From Vibrio alginolyticus NBRC 15630 = ATCC 17749 (GTDB lineage Bacteria; Pseudomonadota; Gammaproteobacteria; Enterobacterales; Vibrionaceae): a stretch of DNA of 32,000 nt. Numbering within the stretch: the first letter of the stretch is position 1; every line of letters starts with the position of its first letter. Positions 31,152 through 32,000 of this stretch are shown here, one piece after another. The DNA is taken from assembly GCF_000354175.2 (NCBI RefSeq), contig NC_022349.1, positions 1,020,001 to 1,052,000 on the forward strand, written 5' to 3'. The notes under the pieces were generated by a model. The model was not told where the DNA came from and ran no database searches. It saw only the letters and a list, made by a program, of their open reading frames with translations. The position numbers were made by a program, and so were the translations under genes.

Positions 31152-32000
31152 TTACTGACGCTCAGTTCGCATACCCATCAATAAGCTCACACACATTGCA
31201 AGCAGAATGAAGGTAAATGGCAGTGCTGTAGAAATGGCACCAGCCTGAAGAGCTTGAACCGCCTCGGAGCCACCAATCCATAGCAGAGCAACCGCAATTG
31301 CACCTTCCATGAATGCCCAGAAGACACGTTGAAGTACAGGTGCATCGACTTTACCACCTGCCGTGATACTGTCGATAACAAGTGAACCAGAGTCAGAAGA
31401 CGTAATGAAGAACACAAGTACCAGCACAACAGCGATGATAGAAAGCATGCTACCAAATGGAAGAACATCAAACATTTGGAACATAGCAAGTGATACGTCA
31501 GTCAAGCCATTTGTGCCCAGCTCACCTACTTTATCAACAACTTGCTCGATCGCCAGGCCACCAAATACAGACATCCAAACAACGGTAACCGCAGTTGGAA
31601 CCAGTAGAACTGCTGTGATGAACTCGCGAACGGTACGACCACGAGAAACACGCGCGATGAACATGCCTACGAATGGCGACCATGAAATCCACCAAGCCCA
31701 GTAGAACACTGTCCAGCCTTGGAACCAAGCTTCGTCCGTACGACCAAACGGGTTACTTAGTGGGATGATATTCTCTACATATGCCATAAGTGTGGTTGGA
31801 ATCGAACCTAGGCTCGCCGCCCAACCGATAAGACCAACAAGGAGAAGTAACAAGAACGCCACAACCATGTTGATGTTACTAATGACTTTAACACCACCAT
31901 CGATGCCGCGTACGACTGAAACAACAGCAAGTAAAGTCACCACGGTAATAACGACGATTTGCAGACCTAGGCCTGGCTCAACACCAAATACGTGATGAAT
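31152..32000 (-). CDS. BCCT family (betaine/carnitine/choline) transporter, C-terminal portion; the 5' end lies beyond the window
   Basis: The minus-strand frame stays open to position 32000 (IHHVFGVEPGLGLQIVVITVVTLLAV...). The BCCT signature region is WTVFYWAWWISWSPFVGMFIARVSRGRTVREF, with multiple TM helices. Confidence 0.88.
   Translation of the reverse strand: MHHVFGVEPGLGLQIVVITVVTLLAVVSVVRGIDGGVKVISNINMVVAFLLLLLVGLIGWAASLGSIPTTLMAYVENIIPLSNPFGRTDEAWFQGWTVFYWAWWISWSPFVGMFIARVSRGRTVREFITAVLLVPTAVTVVWMSVFGGLAIEQVVDKVGELGTNGLTDVSLAMFQMFDVLPFGSMLSIIAVVLVLVFFITSSDSGSLVIDSITAGGKVDAPVLQRVFWAFMEGAIAVALLWIGGSEAVQALQAGAISTALPFTFILLAMCVSLLMGMRTERQ

Noticed and set aside
1-32000. Scan for tRNA, rRNA, CRISPR arrays, integron attC sites and IS elements
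   Set aside because: By eye I found no regularly spaced direct repeats, no tRNA-like acceptor/T-arm sequences outside coding regions, no rRNA-like segments and no transposase-like ORFs. A tRNAscan/Infernal/ISfinder run would be needed to confirm this formally.

Overview
The window looks like Vibrio-type gammaproteobacterial chromosome. This is my inference from protein sequences and from E. coli-like synteny (pabB-nudL-sdaA, asnS, aspC); no database search was run. The housekeeping genes are pabB (3' end), nudL, sdaC-sdaA, queD, asnS and aspC. Between them sit many signalling genes. These include an H-NOX/hybrid-kinase NO-sensing pair, a membrane wHTH-EAL protein, two MCPs (one with a periplasmic CxxCH heme-c motif), and a MocR-type regulator divergent from two tandem small paralogous genes. 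There is also a cNMP-CBS-nucleotidyltransferase/DEDDh-exonuclease pair, a small OMP and a BCCT transporter fragment. The main finding is a strongly AT-rich block (about 10.35-17.45 kb, minus strand) that holds a tightly coupled three-gene operon. Its genes are a REC-EAL response regulator, a 1595-aa membrane hybrid histidine kinase, and a GAF protein whose GGDEF motif is degenerate (NDSIF). The kinase reads as TM, Cache-like periplasmic domain, TM, HAMP, then four PAS domains, HisKA/HATPase, a receiver-like spacer, REC and Hpt. The first PAS carries the canonical LOV flavin-cysteine signature GRNCRFLQG. The second aligns closely with the FixL heme-binding O2-sensing PAS, including the proximal His. 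I read this operon as a candidate light, oxygen and periplasmic-ligand integrating phosphorelay that controls c-di-GMP turnover, probably horizontally acquired. I found no tRNA, rRNA, CRISPR array, integrase or transposase. Several hairpins and inverted repeats in intergenic regions are also reported, including a 37-nt long-range inverted repeat pair downstream of pabB.
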